The position numbers were made by a program, and so were the translations under genes. This document shows positions 11,271 to 25,625 of a stretch of DNA of 64,000 nucleotides, one piece after another. The DNA comes from Hydrolagus colliei (Eukaryota): assembly GCA_035084275.1 (NCBI GenBank), contig CM068751.1, forward strand, positions 18,724,001-18,788,000, written 5' to 3'. Position 1 is the stretch's first letter, and each line of letters starts with the position of its first letter. Under the pieces are notes generated by a model. That model was not told the DNA's origin. It searched no databases and saw only the letters and a program-made list of their open reading frames with translations.

Positions 11271-12686
11271 TACATGTATCGGTTTAGTTTAGTTCCTGTA
11301 TCACCACAAACCATCGAAAGGCTTAAGGGAGACTGTTCCTAATTTTCTGCCAATGGCACTCTTGATTGCTGCGATGAATCCGAGAATTGTCCAGGGTGAC
11401 TTGCCCACCAATTGACGCTTCCCTCTTTGAGAGTAGCGTGGACAGCTGGCTTTCATTTGTTGCCTTGAATTTGTGTTTCAGACGAAGCGTGCTTCACGGC
11501 TGATAGCGGGGGCATCGCTCTGCCCATCGTGGGCTGCTGCCTTCGCCAAAAAGCACACAAGTCATTCCATTTCACAGTAAATCCTGTGAGGAGCTTGAAT
11601 AATAATAATAATCCTTGTATTTGGTATAGTTATGTACTCCTGACATGAAAAGTGCAATACCAAATACTGTGCCAAGGATCATTATTATTATTATTGATAA
11701 TAAAATGTGTTAGATTGAGAGGAATGACAATGCATGCTATCATATTGTTGTGGTGCATTGAATTCAACCAACCCATTAAATACAAACTCCAAATTTTGAA
11801 TTTCCAGTGAAATAGGTGCAGATATACCAATCTAATTCCACTGTCCGACTTATTATTTTTGTGAACATCTCAAATTTGTGCCCTCTCCTTATCCACGCCC
11901 CAACTAGCGGAAGTATTGGATAATTATTCACACTCTCCCCACCCCTCATCATTTTGAAGCTCTCTATCAGGCACCCCTCAACCCTCACAGCTGTAATGAA
12001 AAACTCAAGTGATATCGCTGACCGTGCCATCATCCAGGCTTAACTACTAACAGAACGGACCCCAACATGCACAGAGTTATATAACACAAACCCAGACACA
12101 GCTCATTTGAAAGCAGCCACTGTTTGCCTTTAGACAGTGGGCTTCATTTAGCCGACTTAAGTCAAGAAAGGTCTTTTTTTAGTTCTACCTCTCCAATCAC
12201 CCGTTTTAACCTCCCACGTTTTTCCAGTTCACCCAGTTACACATCACTGCCCAAAGAAGGAGAGAGAGAGAGAGAGAGAGAGAGAGGAGGAAAGCAGCCT
12301 GTAGGGCGATACCCTCTTTGTATCAAGTGTGAATGCAGACACATGGATTAGGACGGTAGGAACACAGGTACAGGAGTAGGCCTTTCAGCCCCTCAAGCCT
12401 GTTCTGCCATTCTATTAACTGATTTGTAGTTCAACTCCATTTACCCGCCTTTGCTCCATATCCTTTACCTAACCATAATCTATTGACTCCAGTCTTAAGA
12501 ATTTGAATTCATCCAGCACCCACAGCCTCAAGGCAGAGACAGATCCAGGTTTTCACCATCATTAGTGTGAGAAGCTGAAAACAGGAACAGACGACTTGAA
12601 AGGAGTGTCGAAAATGAGGTTCCCTCAATATAAATCGAGCAGAATATTCACTAGCTGTGTGGTAGTAGTGTAGTGAGCGTGCTTGT

Positions 12687-13020
12687 GGAATCCTGTAGCT
12701 CAGTGGTTAGAGCACTCATCTTACAAGCGTGAGACCTGTGTTCGAATCCAGGCAGGTCAGGGCGAAACATTGGGCAAGTTTCCTTACTTCACACGCCTAA
12801 TAATAATAATCCGTCCAAAAAAACACCACAATAATAAAATTGGCAATTTCAATCCACAACTGTTTGTGGGGGACGCTGCTGTGCGCAATTGGCTGCCGCG
12901 TTTCGCCCACAAATATATACAGTCAATTCACTTTACAGTATGTTCCATGAAGCGCTTTGAGACGCAGTCTCAAACGCACCCGTCAAATGCAAGGATTATT
13001 ATTACTTATTGATTATTATT
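12687..13020 (+). mobile_element. Full-length SINE (main family)
   Basis: A/B boxes, core and (ATT)n tail; ends about 90 bp upstream of PCOLCE2 exon 3. Confidence 0.88.
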
Positions 13021-13109
13021 TGTAGACAGCCCCAGTGGCACATTTGGGATGAACCTTTTGACTCGAAGCCGGCCCTTTTTGACGCCAAATTCTCCCATCG
13101 TCTCCACAG

Positions 13110-13365
13110 GTACCCCAGGGCCGGATCGTGGCTCTCTCCTTCCGTTACATTGACCTCGAAAGCGACACTCTCTGCCGCTATGACTACGTGGATGTCTACA
13201 ACGGGATCGCCAATGGGCAGAGGCTGGGCAGGTTCTGCGGCACCAACAAACCGGGGACCATTGTCTCCACCGGCAACAAGATGATGGTACAAATGGTATC
13301 AGATGCCAATACAGCCGGGAATGGTTTTGTTGCAATGTATACCGCATCTCGACCAAATCAGAGAA
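13110..13365 (+). CDS. PCOLCE2: PCOLCE2 exon 3 (CUB1)
   Basis: cacag|VPQGRIVALSFRYIDLESDTLCRYDYVDVYNG...SDANTAGNGFVAMYTASRPNQR+A|gtaaat; 256 nt. Confidence 0.95.
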
Positions 13366-16300
13366 GTAAATCCATTTGATTCTCGCGGGAGGAATGATCT
13401 GTTTTTTTTAAAAAAATCCGCGGAGAAAGTAGAAAAGCCAGTAATGTAAACGCTATGTACCCCGGACGAGGCACAGGACCGAGCGGGCAATAGTGTTGCC
13501 GGCTTTTGTGGCTAGGTCCCGCTGATATACTGTAATCCCAAACTTCTCAACCCTAACCTTTTGCCCCTCATACACCTCAAGCCTTTCCTTTGCCTGAAGT
13601 TATCGAATTCCTTCTTTAATTTGCTGACAGAATCTACCTCGACCACCTGACTTGTTACCTACCTACCTTCCTTCCTTTCTACTTACCTACCTACCCACCC
13701 ACCAGCATGTCCCAACAGAAAGTTTACCTTCCAGCATCACTGCTGATGGGATTTCTACCTTCCGTCACAGTATGGTGATAATGATCATAATTGTTGCATT
13801 TGATATAGCTCCTTATACAATAATCCATCCAACAAAACTGTAATAAGTTGGTCATTTCAATCCATGACTGTATATGGGGACCCTGTGTGCAATTGGCTGC
13901 CGCGTTTCGCCCACAAATATACAGTCAATTCACTTCACAGTACACTCTTTGAAGCGGTTTGAGACATCAATAAGATGTGAAAAGCGCTATATCAAATGCA
14001 AGGATTATTATGATTAGTATTATAACGTTGTTAAGACATCTTCAAGGTGCTTTGCAATACTGTATATATAGATATATATATATATATGGTGCAGTGAATT
14101 GACTGTATTTTGTGGGTGAAACACAGCAGTATATTGGGCATAGCAATGCCCCACAAACAGTGGTGGATTGAGTGATCACATTTTTTTCTAAAAAAAAAGA
14201 ATTCATGGAATGGAATTGAATACAGCAATTTGCACAAGGTTGTAGCTTTCGGATTGACTCCCATTTGCTTGTTTGCGTATTTCATCACAGTGTAGTTTCC
14301 TGATCCGATCTACCTGGGACCAGGCATAATATCTGATGATCTGACAGACAGAACAGCGGACGCACTATTTCAGTGAAGCAGCAACAAAAATTAACCGAGA
14401 CATGATGGGCTTCATGGCTTCACTTCCATGAGGTGTTGTCCGACACTCTTTTTACAAATCACAGACCAAACACTGAAATGTCAATGTTTGGACGCACAAA
14501 CTGTGAGGTGAGACTGAGGCCACAGCCATTGCAAACAAATGTTTACTTTAACTGCACCCGAGGCATCTGGGCCTAAGGTTCTGCAGTCGCTGACACCAAA
14601 ATAAATACATCTTACACACTTTATTCTCATCATCGGTTCCCAGGGTAGGGGAGACGGAGGTACAAAGCCGATCGATTAACTTGTCAAAGTCAAATCATTT
14701 TGGGGTGTAAAGTAAATCTCAGTAAGCATGAAAGGCACTCAAGGGCAAAACGTTGCACTTGCTTTGGCTTTAATAATAATAATCTTTGTAATTTGATAAT
14801 AGCACTTTCTCACGTCATCAAGGCATTTTGAAGCGCTTCACAGAATATATTATCATGTGAATGAATTAGAGATCCATGTAATCATACTGGATAGTTTCAC
14901 CCAGAAGCATCTCACAGGTTTACTGTAGAATGTGGTGACTGGATGTTTAGGTGAGTTGGGGGTGAGTTTGAAATGTTTTCAGTGTCTTAAATCTCCTTAC
15001 GAAAGCAGGCACGTGAAAACTGCAGAGAGCATTACAAATGTGGCCTTATTTGGGTTTACATACTAATCAGGATCTAATCAACTTCAACCTGAAAGGAGAC
15101 TGTAAAACATACAAAATGTTCCTAATCTTTTCAGTGTTTCTTTTAGCAATCAAATTATACAGGTTTAAACATGCATTAAAGATGCATTTCGTGATCCATG
15201 TCTCAATCTTTCAAACACAAATAATCTCCGCTCTGCCTGCATCCACGGCGTCCCTTCAGAATTCAATGTATTTTGGAATTGAGGACATCTGAAATTGTTC
15301 AAAATGTTGTCAATGCAGCTTCACCTGTGATTAACACACTGTCAGATCATAAATATTTAATCATGATAAATCCCCGCGTTTGAGATTGTGAATAATCACG
15401 GCCAAATCCTTTCTCTTCTCCACCACTGCTTGTGGGCATCTTTGTGTTGCGTGCATGGGTATGTTTCTGGTTTGTGTTACGGTTTAAAAAAACAATCCAT
15501 CTGCCACTCCTCCTCTAGCCAGCCTCTAGAACTAATTTTGTTTTTCATTTCATCTACACAGTAAATTTTCAAAGCCGACGTTTTCCACTTATTGAGAGCA
15601 GTCATAACTACTTTGGTGAGATCATTAGCAACTTTTTTGACATCAGACTGTCATACTGTTGACTAAAACACTAATTGGTGTGTGTGGGGGAGATGGGAGG
15701 TGTGGGTGGGGTGGGGAAAGACCTCTTAAAAAAAACACATAATCTCTAAGGCACTTAATTAGGTTGTCTCGTTCAGGACAGGTTTCTGCCCAATAGAAGG
15801 AATTGTCTGTAAAGGCGGAGCCTCAATTGCACCCAGATGGTAAATCATTTAAAAGCTAAAGTAGAAAGCACTTTTCAGATTTTCAGTCCTTTCAGCCGTC
15901 ACCGTCAGGTGAGAAAAGGCTGCCTTCAGTAAGTGGAAACATGCAAACCTGCTTTACATTCTGCAGATGATACAAATCCACTTATACTAGAAGCTAGATA
16001 TTACAAGAGTTTTTTTAATGTAACCTCAGTAACTTATAATAATAATAACAACCCTTGCATTTGATATGGCACCTTATCACAGACTATACTGTATAATATA
16101 ATATAATATAATTATATACTATCTTCACAAAATAACATGCAAAGTGAATCGACTGTATATTTTGATGGTGAAACCCAGCAGCCAAATTGCTTACAGTGGG
16201 GTCTCACAGATAATCATGGACTGAGTGACCAAGTTATTATTATTATTATTATTATTATTTTGTGGGGGAGAGAAAAGCGACTAAAGAAAATGTGGTCACT

Positions 16301-17326
16301 CAATCTTCGATTGTTTGAAAAAGTTCATTTTTTTAAAGTTAAAAAGTTAATTAAAAAAAAGGTTAGTGCCTGAGGTTTGTTTAGGAATCTAACACAAAGT
16401 GCATTAAGTTTGTATTTGCAGTCAGCCAGGGGCCGACACAAGTGGAAGCCCGTCACTGTGGTTAAGAGCATCCAAAGCAGACAAGAGAGCCACACATCGC
16501 ATGTTTTGTATTGGAATGTGTACTCTCTCTCCCTAGAGGAATTCACGCTGTTTACCTAATTCCAGAGAGTATTGGGTGCATGTTGGGAAGAGCAAAGGTT
16601 TGGTAGTGGGGGGAGGGGGTGGGGGAGTGTGTGCATTTTGGCTAACTGGAGTTTAACCAGCTAAAAGTGTACAGCTTGCCAAGTTTCATATTGCTTGTCA
16701 GGCGTAGGATCATTTTACTGGTTAGGCTTTGGCTTGTAAAATTAATAGGAACCGAATGGGGGAAAATCCCTGTCCCCATTGGCCAGGTTTTCCTCTCCAA
16801 ACTCTACCAATGTGCCAAGCTCGCTGGCCAATAAAGTCCTGTGGACCTGCCTGGCTCAGTAACGTAACTGATGAAGGTTGAGTAGATTCCAATCTTCTGT
16901 ACATTACTGTAGAGCCAACTCAGCCCCAAGGAGACCCCACTTATCTCCCCTACAACCCCCCTCCCACCCCCCCAGTCTATCTCCTGATAGCTCTTCATGG
17001 ATCATTACTGGAGATGTCCACATATGGACAACATTGGGCTCAACTGTGATGCTAAACTCTAACTCTAGCAAAACAAAATAAGGGCTGAATAACACCATGA
17101 GAATGGGAAGGAAAAAAATAACTGATGAGGAAAACAGAGACATCCCCCCCAAAAAAGTGTCAGATATTGGCACGACGGTAGCATTTGCTTGTTTGAAATC
17201 GGTGCGGTAACTGGTGCGTTTGCTTTGGATGTTATGAATGAATAGGATGCGTGATTCAGACGATTACTATTGGATACACACAGATGGAATTGTAACGTTT
17301 TTCCGTTCAATACCTGGCTTTCACAG

Positions 17327-17451
17327 ACGATCAGTTTTGCGGTGGGCGGCTGCAGAAATCCCCCGGTTCCTTCAAAACACCCAACTGGCCCGACCATGAT
17401 TACCCCGCTGGAGTCTCCTGCTCGTGGCACATCGTGGCTCCCAAACACCAG
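17327..17451 (+). CDS. PCOLCE2: PCOLCE2 exon 4 (start of CUB2)
   Basis: cacag|AC DQFCGGRLQKSPGSFKTPNWPDHDYPAGVSCSWHIVAPKHQ|gtaacc. Confidence 0.95.
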
Positions 17452-18147
17452 GTAACCTGCAAAAGGGATCTTAGTATAAATAACAACAATTATCCTTGTG
17501 TTTTGATATAGCAGCTTTTCACGTCTTCTAGACTGTGTCTCAAAACGCTTCAAAGCGAATATACTGTAAAGTGAGTTGACTGTATATATTTGTGGGCGAA
17601 GCACGGCAGCCAATTGCGCACAGCGGTGTGTCCCCCACTAACAGTCGTGGATTGAAAATGACCAATTTTGTTATTGTTGGGTTTTTTGGGGGAACGGATT
17701 ATTATTAGACGCGTGTGTGTGGAGTGAGGAAATCTGCCCAAGGTTTCACCCTTACCTGCCTGGATTCAAATACAGGTCTCACACTTGTAAGGTGTCAATT
17801 CACTTTACAGTACATTCTGTGAAGCGCTTTGAGACATCTAGAAGACATGTAAAGTGCTATATCAAAATGCAAGGATTATTATTATTGTGTCCAGAACATC
17901 TAAATGTAGAGGACTCTCGTGTACCAAACCGCTGACCTTCATATTAAATCCAGTGTTAATGACCAGCCATGAGAAACTCTCTCAAGCTTGATCTAAACAA
18001 CAACAACAATAACAAAATTACATTCATGGAGCGCCTTTCACGTCGGGAGGACGGCCCAAGGCACTGATAAGAGCACAGAGAAAAAAAAATCCCTCTGAGT
18101 CTCACAGTAAAACATTGTCTCTTCGCCACTTTCCTTTCTTTGCACAG

Positions 18148-18284
18148 TTAATTGAGTTAAAGTTCGAGAAATTTGATGTCGAAAGAGACAACTACTGCCG
18201 TTACGACCACGTCTCCATATTCAACGGGGGTGAGACAAACGACGCAAAGCGGATCGGGAAATATTGCGGAGACAGCTCTCCGGC
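18148..18284 (+). CDS. PCOLCE2: PCOLCE2 exon 5 (CUB2)
   Basis: cacag|[45 protein letters not shown]+GC|gtaagt. Confidence 0.95.
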
Positions 18285-19780
18285 GTAAGTTTTCTATTGT
18301 TGTTGACATAAACTTTCTTTCCCAACTGTGGCTGATTTTCCTGCTTCGAACGAGTCTGAGATGAGTGATTTGAGCGCGAATCAGAGCCTCAAACCTTTCA
18401 CTCCAGGCAGTGGTTTCACTGTCCAAGCCAATTGCAAGAAACTCCCTAAAAAGCGTCACCGCCATTAAGGTTGACTGTTTGCCAAGGACACTACTGTAAT
18501 GGTTGCTTCGCTTCAAACTTCGTTGACTGAGGTGGAGAATTGAAGAGGAACAAACTTTCGGTTCAAAGCAACATTATGGGACAGTCCACAATAACCCACC
18601 GCTGATCAGTACAGGAATGAGTTCGGAGAGCCAGACTCATTGTGAAAGAGCAACACTCTGCACCTCTTCTGTGCTACACCTGAAAACTCAATAAGGTAAT
18701 GGGAGTAAAAAAAAAAGTCAAGCGTCCCATGTCAGCAACACACAAAATGAGTTTCACACCCTCGGAGCTGGGGAAAAAAACGTAAAGAAAGACAAAATTA
18801 TACAGTTCCCGTGACAGTCACGATACGTACATCGTGGAACACAAGAATCGTTTTTCTACAGCACTACCAGGATGTTTATGGATTCCAGTGATTGATGTAC
18901 ACACACACACACACAATCTCCATCTCTGAGGACCTGTTACTCTCTTGCTTTCTTCCTTCATCTGGTATCGTCCTCAGTTGCTGTCCCTGTTCATTCCTTT
19001 CTCACGTCAACGAAGGGAGAGCATTGTCAATGGTCTTCTCTGAGGGGTAAGCAATGTCAGGAAAATGGGAGAATCATGTCTGGGCTGTAGATTTCTTGCA
19101 GTCTAGGTGGATCAGCCTCCAACTCCCAGGTCCATGTGGCTGACAGAAGATAGGTATGAAAAATTACCTGTCCCTATTTCTCGCAGACTTTCCTTCTCAG
19201 TGAAGCTGGTCCTGGTCTCCACTTGCCTTGAACCAGCGATGGCTGGGAACGGGAATGCCAACCTACATCAACCAACCAACCAACCACGCTTCTTCAAACC
19301 ATGCTGCTATATCTTAACCGAAAGAGAATGGAAAACACGAACAATTCTTCCATATATTCCCCCAAGACAGTAGAAGCAGTTGAGCACAGGTCCACAGATG
19401 CAAAGTCCAATTTCCAATTTTATTATTTTCCGTTTGTTTCACAATTTGCTTTTCCATCATTGCTGAAATCGGCGCATTCGTTTACTCTCGTTAATCTAGC
19501 CGTTTGATTGTCACTTTCATTTATCCCAGCTCCCTCCCTCGCCTCCTTCAAGGCCGGTCTCAAGATCCTCCTCTTCTCTTCGACCGTGCCTTTTGCTGCC
19601 CTCCCAACTCTCTCCCTCCCCTCCTAACTCTCTCCCTCTCCCTTGCTCGGGTCCCGACCTGACTGTTCAGCGCTCTATAAGTGTAATTTTCGTTATTGTT
19701 GTTGTCTCATTGTCAATGGTGTTCTCAACACTTTATGTAACGATCGCTTCTGTTTCCTCACCCTCCCCGCTGTGGAACAG

Positions 19781-19929
19781 GCCGATTCTGTCGCAGGAAA
19801 ACGAAATCTTTGTGCAGTTCCTGTCGGATTTAAGCGTGACGGCTGACGGCTTTCTGGCTCATTACAAATTCCGCTCGAAAAAGTCGCTGAGGACAACGGC
19901 TGCCCCTATCACAACCACAATACATACAA
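19781..19929 (+). CDS. PCOLCE2: PCOLCE2 exon 6 (end of CUB2 plus Thr-rich linker)
   Basis: aacag|G PILSQENEIFVQFLSDLSVTADGFLAHYKFRSKKSLRTTAAPITTTIHT+A|gtaggt. Confidence 0.9.
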
Positions 19930-21718
19930 GTAGGTGTTTTAAACAATTCTAATGCAGGCGAGTCCGCTTTATACAACAACAACAACAAAATTACATCTGC
20001 ATCACGCCTTTCACATCGGGAGGACTTCCCAAGGCACTTGACAGTCAGTGTTTCAGACCCGACCTGTGTGGGGGGGGGGGAGTCGGGATCGGGGAGGGCA
20101 AAGTTGCCAAAAATCCTACACAAAAAATTTACTTTTTTTAAAACATACCATATTGATACTAGACTAAATAATAACAGAATATTGTATGGAGACTTACCAA
20201 TAAAGCATTCCAGCGCATTCGGTAAAATGATCGGTAAAATAAAAATTCCAGCCTTCATTAAGTTTAATTAAGTTTAATTAAGTTAAGTTTAAAGTGAGCA
20301 TACCGTAAGTGTCCCGGATGGCTCCAGTATGAGATCCGTTTGCTGGAATGGTGAATCGTATTTGGGAGATGCCGGTTGGTTGAGCGTTCCGGTTGGTTGG
20401 GTGACGCATAAACAAGCTTTTACTGTACAGCATGTCCAGCACGACGCACGCTTTGTTGAGGAAGGAAGTAACATTAGCCCTTTCTTTACATAACACACAG
20501 AAAACGCTGCCACTGCTCACCATTTTATGGTTGATTTTGTTTTGGTGCACTGCTAAATATCACAGTCAGCGAACCGTGAAAATACACAGTCGCCTGCAAA
20601 ACGCACAGTTACGCACAGTACTTCACTGTGAAATGCTTAGAATTGTCTCAATGGTGTAATAATGCGCTTTTTTCAAATGCAAGGATTATTATTGTAATCA
20701 GAAAATTAAATACAGACCTACATGTTCAATTGGCTGCCGCGTTTCGCCCACAAATACACAGTCAATTCCCTTTACAGCATATTCTGTGAAGAGCTTTGAG
20801 GCGTCGATAAGATGTGAAAAGCCGCGATATCAAATGCTAGGATTATTATTATTAGTAGTAGTATCACCACCTCAAGAGTCAGTTTGGCCAAGAGCTGTTG
20901 CTTAATTCCGTTAAAAAAACAAATTAATTCAGAAAAATAGCTTCATCCAGTAATGGACAGATGTTAAAGTTAATGGACAGATGTTAAAGATGTTAAAGTT
21001 AGGCATTCTGGAAGGATGAGATCAAAAGGATATCAGTATTATTAATAAACTGGGGGAATCGACCCACTTTTTAAAAGAAAAAAAACTGCTATTTTTCGCT
21101 TCTATGTGAAATAGCAGAACCAACAGACAAGGCTTTTGATTTAATGGCAGTTCCCAAAAATACACTGCTCCTTTAACACAGCGGAGGTTGGAGGAGCTCG
21201 AGTTTGGGTGATAAGAATGTAAAGAAAAAAAATAAGCCAGGCCTTTGGGAAATGGAGAGAGTGGAAGTAGAAATGGGCACACACAGTTGGTACACACACG
21301 CACGTGTACACATACACACTCACCCACCCGTCCACACATACACATACATTATATAATACAGTATATAAGTTTCCTTACTCCACACATCTAATGATTACGC
21401 CACCCAAAAAAAAATTGGTCGTTTCAATCCACGACTGTGTGTGGGGGACGCTGCTGTGCGCAATTGGCTGCTGCGTTCCTCCCACAATATATACAGTCAA
21501 TTCACTTTACAGTATATTCTGTGAAGCGCTTTGAGACACAGTCGAGAAGACGTGAAAAGCGCCATATCAAATGCAAGGATTATTATTAGTATTATTATTA
21601 TTGATTTTCTCGCGGTAAATTTCCATGTGGCGGAAAGTAAGTAGGATTCTAAATTGTGTTGCCAATGTGAAGAGTAGTTGGGCGAGCACTGTTTCACCGC
21701 CTGTTTTCTATTTTGAAG

Positions 21719-21802
21719 CCATGAAGCCAACAGTACCTCCGTGTCAACGAAAGTGCAAAAGGACAGGCACACTTGGAAGCAATTTCTGTGCGAGTGACTT
21801 TG
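21719..21802 (+). CDS. PCOLCE2: PCOLCE2 exon 7 (start of NTR)
   Basis: ttttgaag|CC MKPTVPPCQRKCKRTGTLGSNFCASDF+G|gtaaga; 84 nt. Confidence 0.9.
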
Positions 21803-22193
21803 GTAAGAGACATGGGACTTCTCCCTTTGAATAGGGCGTATGTAACATGCCAGGTGCGCTCTTGTGCCTTGTGGAAAATAAGACATTATTTGTTCAACGG
21901 GTCCATATTTTTCACTCCTAATGCTACCTGCAGCTCGGTCACTTGTATATTGGTCCCAAGGGCTTCGTAGAAAGAAACCTCGACCGAAGAAACAGAGAGA
22001 AGCTGTGTGTCAAGCGACAACTGCAGTCCTCACGCGGTTTGCAAAACAGAGAGTGACTGTCAAAGTGTAAAAGGTTATTTATTCAGTTCATCGAATTTTA
22101 CGGCGCGAGTTCCTGTGTTTTGGCATCTCATTCCATTCAGCCAGTCCCCATACCCCAGGCACAATGTGTGTATTTGTCATACGCTCAACATTC

Positions 22194-22400
22194 NNNNNNN
22201 NNNNNNNNNNNNNNNNNNNNNNNNNNNNNNNNNNNNNNNNNNNNNNNNNNNNNNNNNNNNNNNNNNNNNNNNNNNNNNNNNNNNNNNNNNNNNNNNNNNN
22301 NNNNNNNNNNNNNNNNNNNNNNNNNNNNNNNNNNNNNNNNNNNNNNNNNNNNNNNNNNNNNNNNNNNNNNNNNNNNNNNNNNNNNNNNNNNNNNNNNNNN
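22194..22400. other. Assembly gap (207 N) in PCOLCE2 intron 7
   Basis: N run. Exons 7 and 8 join in phase, so no coding exon needs to lie inside. Confidence 0.98.
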
Positions 22401-23468
22401 AACAGCAGTCCCTGGTATAATCCGGTGTGCGCGCATTTCAATGGAAATTCATAACATACAGTACTTAATGCTCAGACCACCAGCTGGTCTGTGGAGATAC
22501 ATATCAGTCTGCCGGGTCTGGTCAAACGTTACCATCACAGGCACCATGTCCTTACGGTATCATGCGGTTCAACGATCAATTTCATTGCTGCTGCGCTCTT
22601 GATGTCAATTTGGCAATGGTGATCAGAAGCCAATGAAAGGCTGGCTAACACCCAACAAGGAAAGGGGTTCGATTCCTGGTCAGGGCAATACCTTTGGCAA
22701 GTCTCCTCTCCTGACTCCTCTGCTTAGATAGGAATCCGGTTGTTAGTCGATGGCGTGGGGGTATTAATCCCTTCAAACGAAAACAATAATTCAATAGTAA
22801 TAATTATGATAATAATTTGGTCACTCAGGTGATGACAGTTTGTAGGATACTCCCATACAATGTACAGTCAATTCACTTTACAGTATATCCGTAAAGCGCT
22901 TGGAGACGTCCCAACAATGTGGTATATTAAATGCAAGGAAGATTACATACGGGGCGGGGGGGATGCGGGGGACAACCTTGCTTCCTACCAGCATTCTCTT
23001 CTTAGCTCAATGAACAGTACAACAACAACTTGGATTTATACAGTGCCCTCCACGCCAGACGGCGTCTCAGAGCGCTTCAAATGAGTAGAGGGACGAGCAT
23101 GGGATCCTCCGATTTCCTCATCTCACAGACAGAAAACAAACCTTTAGCAGCCGGAGTGCTGGGGCCTTTGAAGGATGGAGGGTAAAGAGCCAGCAAATGG
23201 CCCACAATTAGTACCCAGACTCCACCCATTCATCAAAACATAGCACCCAAAGGTTAAGGTTAATTGTGTGTTGGAAATCATGAATTACTGTTTATTTCAC
23301 TCACGATCGCGGATCGACAATTAAAAAAGGAAGGATCTTGGAAATAAAGACTTCTGTGTTTCAGTGTCCACTTTTATCCCCTGCTCATTTAAGCATGAGA
23401 CGATGTGGAAAGCAAAACATTGCCCATTGAGTTTGTGTCGCTAATGATTTCTCTCCTCTTTCTTACAG

Positions 23469-23636
23469 TGATATCTGGCACGGTTATAACTGCTATCACA
23501 CGCAACAGCAGCGTGCATGTAACTGTCTCCATTCTTAACATTTACAAAGAAGGGACACTGGCCATTCAACAGGCGGGGAAGAACTTGAGCGTTAAAATCC
23601 TCTCTGTCTGCAGAAAATGTCCAATTGTCAAACGAG
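23469..23636 (+). CDS. PCOLCE2: PCOLCE2 exon 8 (NTR)
   Basis: tacag|TG ISGTVITAITRNSSVHVTVSILNIYKEGTLAIQQAGKNLSVKILSVCRKCPIVKR+G|gtgcgt. Confidence 0.95.
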
Positions 23637-24346
23637 GTGCGTTGTTCCTTTTTTTGGAGGCTCTTTTCACTCGTTGTTTGCATTCCTGCTGTGAGCTGAC
23701 CCCTTTCGGTTACATCCTTTGCTACTAGCCATCATCCATGTAACCTAAAGAAACTCAAACCAGAACCCAACCACTCTTTTAAGAATCACATTCAGTAAAA
23801 AAGGATAGTAACTGGGCAGCTCATGAGTATAAAGCATAGGTAAGTTTCGATGAACTTGGGATTCATACAATCCTGATGGGACACGTCAATGCAGTGCTGG
23901 AGGGTGTATTACATGGTTGGAGTTGCTGTCCTTTGGATGAGACATTACGCTAAACTCCCGCGTGTCTGTAATTAAACATCCTATGGTGCTCTTCAAAATG
24001 AGAGGGTGTTTATCCTGGCTAACAATTCCCCAAATTGGTCACTCAATCCATGGCTGAGTGCGGCAAATTAGTGCATGCCAAATTGGCCATGGCTTTTGCC
24101 TACAAAATACAGTCACTACTGCACTTTTACAATGCTTTGAGAGATCCTCCTGACTTGATGCAAGGATTATTATTAGTATCTAGCTTGGACCCGTGAGGGC
24201 TTTAGAGTTTAAAACTGGTCAAAACTGCTAACTCTCATTGCTGCGTTACATAATCTGACCAACCAGCAAATAAACCAGCAAATGTCTTGAATTACTGCAC
24301 ATCTGCCTGGAACTTCCTCCGAGAGCTTGTTCAGCCAGAGGGTTGA

Positions 24347-24382
<36 letters not shown>

Positions 24383-24968
24383 GGTACATGCAACACATAT
24401 TTAAAAACCATTGGGGTAAGCACAATCCTAAGTCTGGAGGAAAGTTTCCAGGAACTGGCGAAAGCCAACCTTCCATTTTCTTTTAGGTGGGGGGGAATTG
24501 CCAAAAACAGAAGTGATACTTGTCACAACTTGTCAACAAACTGAGAATCATACCAATCCTTTCCATTGGAACAGCGCGGGAGAGTGCCTCAAAGAGGTTC
24601 ACAGGATACACTCTGACGTGGAGTGACTGTGGTTTGAAATGAAACCAGCTTGGAGGACATTGATTTCATCGGCGATCGGGCCTCTGGCCTGCTGCCCCAA
24701 CCCTTTGGAACTCCATCCTCAAAGTCCCCTTTCCTTGACTCCTCCCTTGCCTCCTTCAAGGCCCATCATCCACTTTGACTGTGCCTTCGGTCACCCTTCT
24801 ACCCTTACCCTCCCTGCCCTCCAACCCTCCTGATCCCAACTCCCAGCTCGGGAGCAAATGTTTAACTGTCCAGCACCTTGTGAGATCCTCCCAACTCAAA
24901 ATCAGCTGTTTGTTGTTGTACTTTAACGGCATGACTTTACCAAAGGCTCATTTCTTTCTTGCCTCCAG

Positions 24969-25099
24969 GACTGAATTACATCTTCATGGGTCAAGTGGAC
25001 GAATCAGGCAAGGGCAGAGTCTATCCAAACAGCTTCGTCATGAGCTACAGGACGAGGAACCAAAGGCTCCTGAACATGTTGAAGAACAAGCGGTGCTGA
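24969..25099 (+). CDS. PCOLCE2: PCOLCE2 exon 9 (end of NTR, stop)
   Basis: tccag|GA LNYIFMGQVDESGKGRVYPNSFVMSYRTRNQRLLNMLKNKRC-TGA. Confidence 0.95.
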
Positions 25100-25619
25100 A
25101 CACACAACGTTGACCAGAAGCGACTTTTCTTCCAATATATTTATGGTGCCAGAGATATTCCCCTCCCCCCTCTGCCCCCCCCCCCCCCCCCCCCCATTTC
25201 ACACACTGCCAAAAACATGCAACCTATAGATGACTTGCCACAGGTAAATAGAAGCCTTCCACTAAAAAGCTGACAAAATATATACAGCTAAGAAGTGTTC
25301 AAGAGTTTGGAATGCCTGCTATGGCTATTTGGGTCCTTGTACCAGCAGAAAACAACCTGAACTTGAAGCATATCTGGTCAGACAGAATGGTCAGCCTTTT
25401 GGAGCCATAACCTTGTCGGAGCTGTCTATTTATGGGAATGACAACAGATGATTGAGCGTTATGATTGAGCCTACCCTGATCTTCCAGACATATATATATT
25501 GTGATGGATAATGTAGGACTTAAGTGCAATAATTTAAAAGTGATGATTGGTGAGGTATTGTGTTTTCCTTTTCGTTGTTTCTTCTGAGTCACTCTTTGCA
25601 AATAATATATCTGCTGCTT

Positions 25620-25625
25620 AATAAA
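25620..25625 (+). terminator. Candidate PCOLCE2 polyadenylation signal
   Basis: AATAAA about 520 nt after the stop, followed by T/GT-rich sequence. Confidence 0.55.

Noticed and set aside
22007-22602. ORFs spanning N runs (also 50901-51473)
   Set aside because: Open only because N codons translate as X.
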